A stretch of DNA of 62,068 bases, the filler included, from Sphacelaria rigidula (lineage: Eukaryota): NCBI GenBank assembly GCA_964200075.2. It is 6 parts of 6 records of this genome, joined end to end, with 100 filler letters (N's around TTAATTAATTAA, not from the genome) between each part and the next. Parts side by side here need not be neighbours in the genome. Positions count along the whole stretch, not along the records: positions 31,087 to 41,347 come from CAXNAA020006842.1; positions 41,448 to 51,708 come from CAXNAA020006843.1; 4 more parts are not named here. The stretch is one strand, 5' to 3'. The position numbers and the translations under genes are program-made. This document shows positions 36,201 through 47,416 of this stretch, one piece after another; the stretch's first letter is position 1, and the number at the start of each line of letters is the position of its first letter. Under the pieces are notes generated by a model, which made no database searches, had not been told where the DNA came from, and saw only the letters and a list, made by a program, of their open reading frames with translations.

Positions 36201-39200
36201 GAGAAGCAGGTCGACGTCCTGAATCTGGATGCAACGCCCGCTTCGCTCTTGGTGATTGATTGTGAGCCTGGTTCAGCGAAAACCCTCCGTGCTCCGTCCC
36301 GGCTTTGTAGGAATCGGAGGTCAATGGTCATATGACCACGGCATCCAAGATCATGAGAGTACCCCCTGTTCCCCCTCCCACCACCCACTTCGTCAAACCA
36401 AAACCTCTCACTTAGGCGGCGCAGGCGGCGGGCTGCAGTATAGTGTCTCGCGCGGAGCTTCGGGACGCCGAAGGTCCCCGTTGCTGGCCGATGCGCCGCG
36501 GCTGGCTGTGTTGCCGCCACCCATCCGCCCGGAAGACGCGCCGCTATGTAAAGGAGAGGGGCGGGTGGGGGGTAGTGGAGAGCCGGTCGGGGGAAGGAAC
36601 AAAGGGTGAGAATACGGGAGACATGGAAGCGGTAGGGAATGAAGGGCGGTGGGGGGGAGGGGGCGTGTTCTAATCATCTTGGTTGCCGTAGTCATATGTC
36701 CGTTGACCTCGCATCCCTACAAAGCCGGGACGGAGCACGCCGGGTTTTCACCGTACGAGGCCCGCAATCAGTCACCAAGCGCGAAGCGCGGTGATGGTGG
36801 TGGGGGAGGGGCGAGGGGGTGTTATTATTCTCATGACGTCTTGTTTTTTTTGTTTTTTCCTTCAAGGAAGGGGGAAATCTGACCCAACACTTGTGTCGCG
36901 AACGGGTTCGTGTGCCGATTACTCGGAGGCTCGGCTAGACCGCCTCACGGCAGTCATGTGAGGGAAGGCACCTGGAGCGTTCGCAAACTTTGCTCAAGGC
37001 AGTATGGTCGGGGTCCGACCCATTGAAGTCCCCCGTCAACTTAGCGCAGTGCACGCACCGCCCTATTCTTGAGAGGGTCGGCAGGTGTACAGGTCGCCGG
37101 TAGCTAGCAACGGAAGTTGAGTGATCGTGGGCACCCTTGTCCTCACTTTGCGAACTGCAGGAGCCGTCGTGCCCCCTCTCTGTATGCTACCGCATCACCT
37201 ACTAGCTCAATCCTGCGCTGACCCACTGTCATCGCGCATAGTCGTGAGATGATGAGTGAAAGCATGCAAGACGCACTATCATCTCCCCCAGATACACTCC
37301 GGCATCTCCCCCGGAGTGTCCCGATCTGAGCAAAAGGTGATGAAACAAAAGTCAACGTTCAGAGAATCGGAGAATTGATGTGGTTCCCTCAGGGCTAGCC
37401 GAAAACCCTTGGCCAAGGGACTGGGGTCCGCAAAATCAATGTACAGGAGAAGATCGCTTGCAGACGGGCTGAAATCCTTGTATTTGTACAAATACGAAGT
37501 GGTTGCCATAAAAAGGATCTACGAAATCGTGGATTTGGTGACTCGATTCACCGATGATTCGCCCGAACCTTGAAAAAGCTGCTGAAGTCACGGGTACCCC
37601 CGTTGTTTGGAATACGACTCGTGCACAGGGTTTACTTAAATCCTCCTGAAGGTCATGTTGGAAAGATATACGAGGACTCGTAGGACTCGAGTCACCAGTT
37701 GTCCTCATTTTTGTTTTTTATTTTGTCTTACATTTTTGACAGGACTTGTTTGGTGTTGCAATGTTCCGAACTTTTTGTTTCTGAGCCATGTAATGAGAAG
37801 GCTGGTATGGAGTATGCTCAGAGCAAACATAGTGCGATCGATCGCTGGATGAGAATGACAATGCGCCATATATATTGCCACATATATTGCATCATTGCTT
37901 CATTGCTTCATTCAAAAATTGGCTGATGAATTGTTTGGTTTATTAATTGATTGATGCACTGATCATTGGTCGTTGATTCATATATTTATTGATTCGTTGA
38001 TTCATACATTCATTGGTCCATTGACTTATCGGTCGTTTGATTGATTGATGGATTCATTATTGCATTAATGCATTGATTTATTGGTCGATTCATTGGATGG
38101 CTCATTGGTTGATCCATTGGTTGATTCATTGATTGATTTATTGGTCGATTCATTGGATGGCTCATTGGTTGATCCATTGGTTGATTCATTGATTGATTTA
38201 TTGATCCATTCATCCTTTCATCCATGAATGCATTGATGTATTGGCTCATTGATCTATTCGTTGGTAGGTTGATTCATGGGTTCATTTGTTCATCGATAGA
38301 TTCGTTGATTCGTTGATTGATGGATTGAATGAGTGATTCGTTCATGCATTGAGTCATTAGTTAACTGATTGATTTCTTGGTTGATTAATTTACTCGTTGT
38401 CGCACATGAACTGATCCCCGAATAATCCAGCCGCGGTCGGTCACAAGATGGACATACGTGCCCAAGGTTTTTTCTCTTGGAGCTAAAAACTGGTGACAAA
38501 ACACGAGAAACAAATTTGGACTGTACTGTAGGGTTATTTGTTCGATGGTAAGATTTGATTACATAACTCGTATACACATACATACTAAATGTATTTTTTT
38601 ATTCAGCGAGCGTTTTCATTTATTTCACAAAATTCTGCCTGGGTCATGTATGTCTATCTTGTGACTGACCACGGCTGGATTCTTCGGGGATCAGCTCATG
38701 CGCGACGGTGAATAAATGAATGGGTGGATGGATGGATGGATGAGTGGAAACGCTCGCCGAAGAAGGAAAATGCATTCACGTATATATCTTTTATGCGCGA
38801 CGGTGAATGAATGAATGGATGGATGGATGGATGGATGAGTGGAAACGCTCGCCGAAGAAGAAAAATGCATTCACGTATATATCTGTGAATAAATATTATC
38901 ATCAAATCCTTCCATCAAACAGGCCTACAGTCAGTCAACAATTTATTCTTCGTCCACTGTCAGCAGTTTCTTCTTTCATCTTGGAAAGTGGAAATACAAA
39001 TAAAGCTGGGGGCAGTGGGCAGTACAGAGGACCAATATTAGATTATCGTGTTTCATTCAACACGTTGTTTCACCGAAAAAAATGGAATGGTGAAAGTAGA
39101 ACTATGGACAGTGGATATTATTGCTGTAATCAGGTTCGTTCCTCGTGTGTAGTCCAACATTGTTTTGATACAAATGAAATGAAACGAGGATGAAACAATT

Positions 39201-40664
39201 GACAGTGTACATTTTTGCAGAAGTCAAATTTGTTCCTCGTGTTTTGTCAACGTTGTTTTTTCTCTGATGAAAAACATAATTAAAAATTAAATTAAATTAA
39301 AACCAGGGGCAGTGGTCGAACCCCCGGTTTCGGCGGCGGCGGCAGTAGTCCGACACACTCGCTCGCTTCCACGAGCACCAGCACGGTAAGTCGGAGCCGG
39401 CGAAATGTGGCCATGCCACCATCATCGCCTACATCATCGGTGGTGACAACAGCTTCCTCGAGATGGGGGGGGGCGAGAAGACGGGATAACATCATTGGCG
39501 GCGGCGGAGGCAGCAGTATAAGGTGGTGATAGTACGTGTATTGTGAGATAAGGCCTGTGCCCGGTACAATATGCGAAGTGATGGACTGATCCAAGGTTGT
39601 GTTCTGTAGGCTACTAATGCTCGGGTATGTACAGAAGTGTAGAAATGATATTTTCTGTCAGTATATATGCCCTTCCGAACTTCACCGGATCGTTTGGGAC
39701 AGGGCTGGATACCCACCTCCCGACATGCCCCACAGAACACAGCCTTGGATTGAATAAATGATTGATTGTTTGATTGATTGATTGATCGGTTGGTTGTTTG
39801 ATTGGTTGTAGAAGTAAACGGACTGCGCCATGATCCAGAAGAAAAGAAAGTCATTTGGAGATTTTTTCTCGTTATAGAGATTCATGGGTTGATCCGAGGT
39901 ACTTACAGTGCATGTCCTATGAGATTGGGCCTGTGCCCGGTACAGAATGCGAAGTGAAAGATCGAGTGATTGATGGGTTGATCGGTTGGTTGATTGAAGC
40001 AGTAAACGGGATGCGCCGTATTCCGGAGAGAATGGAAGTTGCCCGGATTTGTTTCTTGGTATAAAACATTAATGGATTGATCGATTGATGGAGCAATTGA
40101 CGGATGAAACAAAATACCAGACGCGTCAAATTCCAGAGAAGATGAACGATCAGTTTTTTTTTTCCTAGCGAAAAAGGATCGATGGGTTGATTAATTGTGT
40201 CGTCGGTTTTAGCGATAGAAGAGATGCGTCATAATCTAGAATACAAAGTAATGAAGGTGTGCCAATAATGAGAGTTGATGTATCTGAGTGATTGGAATTG
40301 CGACATACGTCATGATTCAGATTTCTTCTTCCGTCTATTGTACGATTATGCGTCATGATCCAACAGGAACAAATGATTGTGCGTTCTTGTCGTCTGATAA
40401 TTGATCGAGTCAGTGGTTGGTTGTGCGATATACGTTACTATCCTGTGATTTCATGAACCCTGTACGTACCCGGTGTGAGGATATCAAAGCGAGTTATCAT
40501 TCGATCACTGTGAATGTGAACGGAGCATATTTTGGGTTCACATTTGAAGTAGATTTTTTACCGAACCCTTGGAAACGAAAAAGTGAGAAAAATCGAATCC
40601 ACACCCACGCACACACGTATAATGAAAAACATATGTTTTTACTACTCCCGACGTACATGTGTAC

Positions 40665-40702
<38 letters not shown>

Positions 40703-41278
40703 GAATAAAGAGGGAAACTCGACAAAAACGAACGATTGCTAATTTGCACGCGCGTTCTTTTTTTCGTTTTTTTGTTTTTTAAAAATGTCTTGTGTATTCT
40801 TTGTGCAGTGCGTTCGGGCGACAACCACAGGGCGCACTCTTCACGACACCCACCGCCACGACACCCACCGCCGGAAAAAGCAAACGCCATCAAATGGGAT
40901 TCGGGGCTGCCGGCTCCCCGTCCCCCTTCCTCACCGCACGCTCCGCCGGCCTCCTGGGCCCCACAGGCCCCACGGAGTCCAGCACCTTGCGGACCCCCCT
41001 CGGAAAGAGCGCGGTCAACCCCTTCTCCGCCGCGTTCGAAAATGAATCTTCCTCCGGGGAGTCGGTATCGGCAGCGTGGAGAGGGGGCCGAGGTGCATGG
41101 GCGAGGGGAGGAGGAGCATCTGGACAGCCTTTGTTGCGCGCTGGCCGGGGTGGGGGAGGGGGCGGGTATGGATCTCGTGGGGATGGAGGGGGGAATGGAG
41201 CGGAGGGTAAGGGGTCGCCATCCGGGATGGGGGCAGCGAAGAGACCCAAGTCCATCGGGCATAAGGTCGACGAGCAAG
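31310..41278 (+). CDS. Unknown low-complexity (Gly/Ser/Gln/Ala/Arg-rich) protein; 5' part of a multi-exon gene, continuing off the contig
   Basis: GC-rich phase-compatible exons 31310-31471, 34564-34804 (polyQ, polyA), 36416-36605, 39307-39522 and 40809-41278; phases 0/1/2/2. No recognisable domain. Confidence 0.55.
32900..33162 (+). mobile_element. Short retroposon 3' end with (CAAT)n tail
   Basis: T-rich body, then ggctggattcctagggggtcagttcaagtgcgacaatcaatcaatcaatcaatcaa. Confidence 0.75.
33238..34020 (-). mobile_element. tRNA-derived SINE with long (CA)n tail, nested insertion and internal duplication
   Basis: On - strand: A-box-like TGTCTCAGCAGG (34010-33999), B box GGGTTCGAATCTC (33967-33955). 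(GT)n at 33238-33287; body matches 20105-20460; ~33617-33745 is repeated at ~33748-33875. Confidence 0.8.
33381..33597 (-). mobile_element. (CAAT)n-tailed retroposon inserted in the SINE, with target-site duplication
   Basis: (ttga)n tail, then ttgtcgcactttaactgacccc..tccagcc. ACAGGA lies on both sides (33375-33380, 33598-33603) but is single in the uninterrupted SINE copy. Confidence 0.8.
34895..34975 (+). mobile_element. tRNA-like SINE head or tRNA pseudogene fragment
   Basis: A-box-like tggtctaacagggt and B box gagttcgaatccc followed by a T run; no convincing cloverleaf. Confidence 0.45.
37920..38945. repeat. Complex intronic repeat block: degenerate (ATTG)n, 60-bp and ~95-bp tandem duplications, inverted retroposon ends
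   Basis: 38072-38131 equals 38132-38191; 38698-38790 resembles 38793-38884; 38397-38467 is the reverse complement of 38638-38708. Confidence 0.85.
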
Positions 41279-41546
41279 GTGCGCTGGACTTGGGATTTGG
41301 GGCAGGGGCGAACGGGGGGGGGAGGGGTGTACTCATGATCATGCATGNNNNNNNNNNNNNNNNNNNNNNNNNNNNNNNNNNNNNNNNNNNNTTAATTAAT
41401 TAANNNNNNNNNNNNNNNNNNNNNNNNNNNNNNNNNNNNNNNNNNNNCATGATCATGAGTACACCCCCCCCCCCACCGATGGTCTGATGACTATGGCATG
41501 CATGGTCATGAGTGCACCCCCCACCCCTCCCCCTCTATCGGAACAG

Positions 41547-43501
41547 GTGACCCAACTTCTCAACCAACTCACCATCGAGTTCGGCCCCAAGTCAGCCCAA
41601 CTTCTGGACGGGGTGCTGCTCCCCTTTATCCGCCGGACATACCAGCTTATCCCGGGAGCGGGGTCCTCCACCGCCGCCGCCGATTCCCCGCCCCTAGCAA
41701 CCTCAGGAGCGGGGAACGGTCTGCGAAACGGTTCGGAATCAGCGCTGGGCGAGGGGCCTGGTCCAGGGACATCTTCCACCGGCGTGTGGGGTAGGGTGAA
41801 CAGCGGTGGCTCCTTGAACGGGACCGCGTTCGGCGGCGAGGGAGGGGGGAGCGGAGGAGTGGAAGAGACCCAGCAGCAACTACTAGCGCACGAGGTGGCC
41901 GAGCGGTCAGGCATCCAGAAGCTATACTTCAGCGTGCTGCAGCACTTGGCGTCGAACGGTCTAGCCGGCGTGCTCTCCAGTCCGGCCAACAGGTCGCATC
42001 TCGATACGATCCTGCAGTCGGTTCTTGCGGGGCTCTCGGGCACCGACGACGCGGCTACGAAAAAAACTTGTGTTTATATTTTTTCGCTGCTTTTGGGCGG
42101 TTTCAACCGTGGCCGCAGCGGCGGTCGCGCGCCGGACTCTCCCTCGGCCACTGCGGCCAACTCGGTGGCTGTTGCCAATGGTGGTAGGGGTGCCAGCGCC
42201 GGCGGGACGAAAGCCGCGAGGGCCGCAGCAACGCAGCGGAGAGCGCTCTCGGGAAAGGGTGGTGGTCTGTGGACCGGTTCGGGGCCCACGGTAGACATGG
42301 AGCCCAGCGTCCGAGTGGGGGTTACGGCGTTTGTGTTGGAGAAGGCGGTGCCCGCGGCGCTGCGGTGTTTGGTAGACCGAGGCCCCGCCGGGTTGGATCT
42401 GCGCGATGCCACCGCGGTTACGGCCACGGTGCACATGGGAACGTTGTTGATGGAGGGGAAGCTGGCGAGCGGGGGATCTGCTGGTTTTGTGGGCGCCGCG
42501 GCCGTTGCTTGTGAATGCACACTGCAGGTGATGTTGCTTGCACTTTTGTTTTTCACTCTATGTAGACTTTTGATGTGGCTGTTTTGCGGCTGTAAACGCG
42601 TGTACGTGTGTTTTCCGAGTGTTGAAGATGAGGGTTGAAATAGGTGGTCGGCGTCCATCAGGAGCGATGGGATTTGGTTGCTTGAGTGGTGTCAAAAACT
42701 GCTGATTGAGTGCCAGTCGCGACTTCTTGCGCCGGCGAAATTGACAGCATTTTCAATCTCCAAAGTGCAAAAGACCGTGCATCATTTTTTCTTTGTGATC
42801 GTCCCCTTCAAATTCTCGATGTGGGTGTGGGTTACACGTACTCCCCGAGCACCCGAGACCAAGTAACGTATTAGCAACGCAGTCACTCGTCGAATCGTCC
42901 CCCTATTTTCTTTGACCTGGTTGCCGCGCTACCCTAGGTAGCAGAGCAGCTTCAGCAGGCGGTCGAGGGCGCAGTCGACGGCGCGGCGGTGGCCACGGCT
43001 CTAAAGGTGAGACGTGAACGAAGTGAAGTTCATCAGCTTTCTTGTGCTAAGCCGAATGTTTGACAGTATAGTAGTGTGGGATACCCGGGGCATATGCATG
43101 GTGTAGCGGTGTTTGATTACGGTTCCCGGGGTTTGGCGTTGAGAGGGGCAACCCTCCATTGTTTGAGCACGCGGGAGCTCAAGGATATGTTCAGTGGAGG
43201 ATGAACTGCATATAAGCTTCGACACATGTTGAGGGGAATACCAGAATATATGTTTGCGCCCAGTTACGACGTTTTTTTTTATTTCACTATCCTTCAGTAA
43301 ATGTTTGAGTTGTTGTTCATCTTCGGTCCCTGGGAGATCAGTTGATTTGCGACAACCAAGCAATCAATGAAATCGAATCAAGTTTGATCTCTCTCTTGCC
43401 CCCACCCCCCCCCCGCGTTGCGAATTATTTGCTGCTGCTCGCTGGTAATGATGCGACTGTTTTCCAAGGCGTTTTCTCAGCACGTGAGGCCAGCAAGATG
43501 A
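41547..43501 (+). CDS. XPOT: Exportin-T (tRNA exportin, Los1/PAUSED family), last three exons; 5' part off contig
   Basis: Exons 41547-42527, 42938-43006 and 43469-43501 (all phase 0). LLNQLTIEF...LPFIRRTYQLIP, ERSGIQKLYFSVLQHLASNGLAGVLSSPANRSHLDTILQSVL...DAATKKTCVYIFSLL and terminal ALKAFSQ fit the exportin-T C-terminal HEAT region as I recall it. Confidence 0.82.
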
Positions 43502-45431
43502 CAGCGGGCTTCGGCGGTATCGTGGTCCTTAGGACGCGTGCTACCTGAGAACCTTGAATCAGGAATCATGAAGCGTGTTTTGGACCGGTAGTTTGAGAGT
43601 CGATTTTCAATCGACGAAAGATCGGTTGGGTAATGGCCTGCGTCCTCTTGTGTTGCTATGTGGCTCGGCCTCTACCCTAAATCCTTTCTACGCGTTTTAC
43701 ACGTACCGCCCCCCCTCCCCCCCCTTGATTTGAGCTTGGGCGCACATTTTCTAGGACTTTGAGCGCGTATACACGAGATGCCATTCTACGTCTCCCATCC
43801 GAACCGACAAAAAATGGAAATCACAGTGGGAATAGGTCGTATTGTATTTTTTAGTGTTGGTTGTTGTCCGCGGTGGAAGATGACCCCCTAATGTACTGCG
43901 TGTACCTCGCGAACTGTTTTGCCATGTGCCTATCACGAATGTTTATGCTTTCTTGTCGACGAGGATCAAGTCGCCTTGCTTGTGTAAATCACGGGAGGCA
44001 TGGGCCGTCAACCTGTACAACCCGTGCAACCCGCGTTTTGGAGTTGCTATTTTGATGTAAGAACAGAAAACTGAGAATTAGTATTCAGGGGGGGTTGGGG
44101 GGGGGGGTAAAACTTCGGGATATTGTCCAGCGTCGGTGCTCTGAGGGTATCTAGAGGATGTAACTCGAGGGGGAACTGGATGAGCCACGTGACATACTGT
44201 AAAGAGTGCCCGCGTCTCCTCCCAGCAAGAACATGCAGGCATGATGGATATCGTGAGTATCTTTGCCGCTTTGCCGCTGCCGTTTGGATAATGTGGGGAT
44301 AGTGGCGCGTCTCCCTCCAGGATGGATCGTCTTTTTCTAACTTGAGTAGTGTTGAGGTTGTGGCCGTTTTGGGGGACTATGCCTGGTTCAGGGCAAGCTC
44401 GAGTTATTGTTAGTCGAGGCGCCGGAGTTTCGTTTTGGTCATGACGTGTTTGTGTCTCGTGCGGTTGATTCCTGGGACAGCTGTTGAGCCTCGAGTCGTT
44501 TCACTACAGTTGATGTGGAGAAAGTGCATCGCGTTTGTTTGGCTTGCTGGTATATTCCTGACTGCGTCTACATTCCATGGACCTTCGCCAAGGGACATGT
44601 AGGGTTTAAAACGGAGTCTTCTCTGAGCGGATGCTGGGAAAGAAAGAAGTTGCACGTTATTGATGGAAAAATTGACGACGAGCCTGCGTACGTATCCTGT
44701 GTCAGCGAGCAGCAAAGATCCGTGCGGCGCAGTCTCTATGTCTCACCACCTTCAATGCTGTGTTCATGCCATTCATCTGTAGCTTGCATACCGTACCGAT
44801 CAGCGAACCTATTGGGGAATGCACGAAATGCACAAGGTGATCGATCAAGAGGTGTTTCAGCGATACCCATGCAGCGATCGGGAACGAAAGAGTAACTCCT
44901 AGGGGTCGCACGGCTTTGAACGTGACGGGCGGTTGCATACGCCCGCGTCACGTGTAGATGCAGGTGAGTGGGCTGTCGACAAGCAGCGATATATCCGCCT
45001 GGGGTTCAGGAAGTATTAGATCCTGCACACATGGTAGAGGCGGAGTCGAGGCCAATTCACCACTTGGGATGGTGAAAATTTTCTCAGAAACTGATAACCT
45101 CGAACAAACTGTAAAACCAACACTAACCCTAAACCCAACAAAGGCACACCGAGAACCCTCGGGCGAGGGGGTGGAAAGCGTCACAGAGGCAAAGGGTGCG
45201 TTACCAGACCTCAAATCGGCGCCCAGGCGCCGATTTCGACCAAAACGCGTTTTGGGCAAGGTAGGAGCACGGTTGGAACATAGCGCCGTTAAAGATCCGG
45301 ATTTTCGCTATTCACATTAAAATCAAGTCGAACTATGTGGAAAGTTTCTCACCATTCCAAGTGAACTATACTGGCGGAGTCAGGACTCCGCACATTCAAA
45401 AGAAGGCGCGAATGTCTCACAAGATCCAATC

Positions 45432-45693
45432 TTGCACACGTCGGGCAACTCATGAGCTACCTGAAATAACTAATTGAAGACAACTCTCAGGTCCACTGTA
45501 CAAAAACACAGAACAAATGACAGCAGTGTCCGAGAGACGATAGCGTTACCTTCCCGCTACACCACGTGCTCGGTGTCCATCGCCGTCGGGAGCTAATACG
45601 GAATAGTGGCCAGATGAGCTAGTTCATGATACGGATCAGTACTCTGATAATGAATAATATCCAGGCAGCTCATGAGCTGTCCGATGTGTGCAA
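45432..45693. mobile_element. MITE, ~260 bp with ~32-bp TIRs (copy at 53053-53330, relative at 46715-46968)
   Basis: ttgcacacgtcgggcaactcatgagctacctg ... caggcagctcatgagctgtccgatgtgtgcaa; the interior aligns with 53053-53330. Confidence 0.85.
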
Positions 45694-46479
45694 TCTTGTG
45701 CTCGCTTCCTGGAGGGGCGGAGGGGTGGGCGTACTTATTCGTTGCTTGCCTTAGTCGTGTGACCATTGACCACGCATCCTTTCCGAGACGGGGCAAGGAG
45801 GGGCGGGGGGGGGGGTGCTGTTCAGAGAGAATTGTGCGCGCCCAAAATGCTGTTATTTCCAGTGTCCCGTGGAGTACAAAGGGAGTAAATCGCACACTCC
45901 GCACACTAGGATCCCTCTCGACCCTTCACCTCAGCGAAGCTCATGGAGACGAATGACCGCAGTCTGCCAAGTGCACGGCACTGGGTAAAGGGATGTGAGG
46001 CTCACTAGGTCTAACATGATTGAGACGCTGAATGATTTTGCCATTTTTCAACTCTTCCGGGTTTCTATGATACGCGCCCCCGTTGAGGCACATTGGCCAT
46101 CTACTGTACTGTCACATGCACCTGCTTTACACATGTGCTTCTCACGTCGGTCGCCATGTGCGACTGTTTGGAGTTCGAGCACTACCCATCCTTCAATGTT
46201 TGAAGCGCTCTCACGACACATGTCATTCGTTGGTTCTTTCCCAATTCGCATTGGACCGTCATGCCTGGCTCGCCCTACATATTGAGCTGGGGGTGCGTCG
46301 TTGCGAACAAAAACGTCGAGGACACCAACACTACACGAAGAGTACGTTGAGTCAAAGAATTATTATTGACCGCCCCAAAGAAAGAGATCAGGCTCAAAGA
46401 GGAGAAGGCAGTTCTCGACATGACGGTACTGGGCGCCTGAACTATTCATGTTGCAGTTTCTGGGTAACTGACGATTTTC

Positions 46480-46565
46480 TCGTCTTGGGTACCCCTGTCA
46501 CATGACCATGGCTGGAGCCCTGGGAGGTCAGTTAAAGTGAGGCAATCAATTAAATCAATCAATCG
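46480..46565 (+). mobile_element. (CAAT)n-tailed retroposon 3' end (another copy inverted at 54882-54985)
   Basis: catgaccatggctggagccctgggaggtcagttaaagtgaggcaatcaattaaatcaatcaatc. Confidence 0.75.
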
Positions 46566-46608
46566 CAGGCTCTTTCGCTTGCCACCGTCATCATATTGAG
46601 GATCTTAA

Positions 46609-46968
46609 CCCTTAGACCGCGAGGGTAGGTCACCTGCTGAATCGGCATCAATGTTCGATAATTCACTTCAAAAAGTATCGTGATGCAGATGGACTACCCG
46701 CACCGCGATTCAAGCACACGTCGGACAGATCATGATCTGTCTGAAACAACTCATCAAACAAGACTCTCGAATCCGTTGGTTCAAACACACAAAATATGTG
46801 ACCGCGGAGTCAGAAAAGCAAAACCGCAACCTTTGCGCTGCTCGGCGTGCTCGGCGTCCGGGGCTGTAAGGAGCAAAAGTGGAAAAGGGGGTCATGATCC
46901 GGATCAGTACACTTAAAATAAGTAATTTTAAGACAGATCATGATCTGTCCGACGTGTGGACGTAAGGG
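46609..46968. mobile_element. Composite piggyBac-like MITE flanked by TTAA
   Basis: TTAA|CCCTTA...TAAGGG|TTAA; internal perfect 28-bp inverted repeat cacacgtcggacagatcatgatctgtct (46715-46742 / 46931-46958). Confidence 0.8.
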
Positions 46969-47416
46969 TTAAGATACGTGGATCAGCCCCACATTCCAGG
47001 AAATTAAGCAAATGCTGTAATCAACATGGAGTGAAAAGGTGGTCCGCTTCGTTTAACGTCAGCGTTGTGTTGAGTACCGCGACTTCTGGCCAACGGACCA
47101 TCATCGAACAACCCCACGAGGTTCTTGGCCCTCATACATCGATGCAAGCAATGCCCGTGTCAGTATTTTCTTCGCCAGCCAGTTCGATGATTGCCTGGTG
47201 AGAGCAGGCAAGAAAACTTTGCAACATTTGAGTAGAGTACTAGCATTTTCAGATGGGCAGCAAACGACCATTCATCTCGTTTCCCGTGTGGCGCCAATCA
47301 CCGTAGCATAGTCGGTGTCCTAGATTTTATTTCTCAAGTGGGTTTCGACACATGGTACAGTAATAATAGTGGATTACTTTCTTTCCACAAACTTCCACCA
47401 TCAATAGCCTGCCGTA

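Noticed and set aside
37140..37710. Coding-like stretch inside an intron of the contig-4 gene
   Set aside because: The frames I translated contain stops and no family could be recognised; probably a decayed element.
31720..40400. CRISPR-like repeat-spacer arrays
   Set aside because: The units are highly degenerate, the spacers are microsatellite-like, the context is eukaryotic intron and there are no cas genes.
40642..41346. Minus-strand Pro-rich ORFs as genes
   Set aside because: Best explained as antisense shadows of the GC-rich + strand exon that has a phase-compatible acceptor at 40809.
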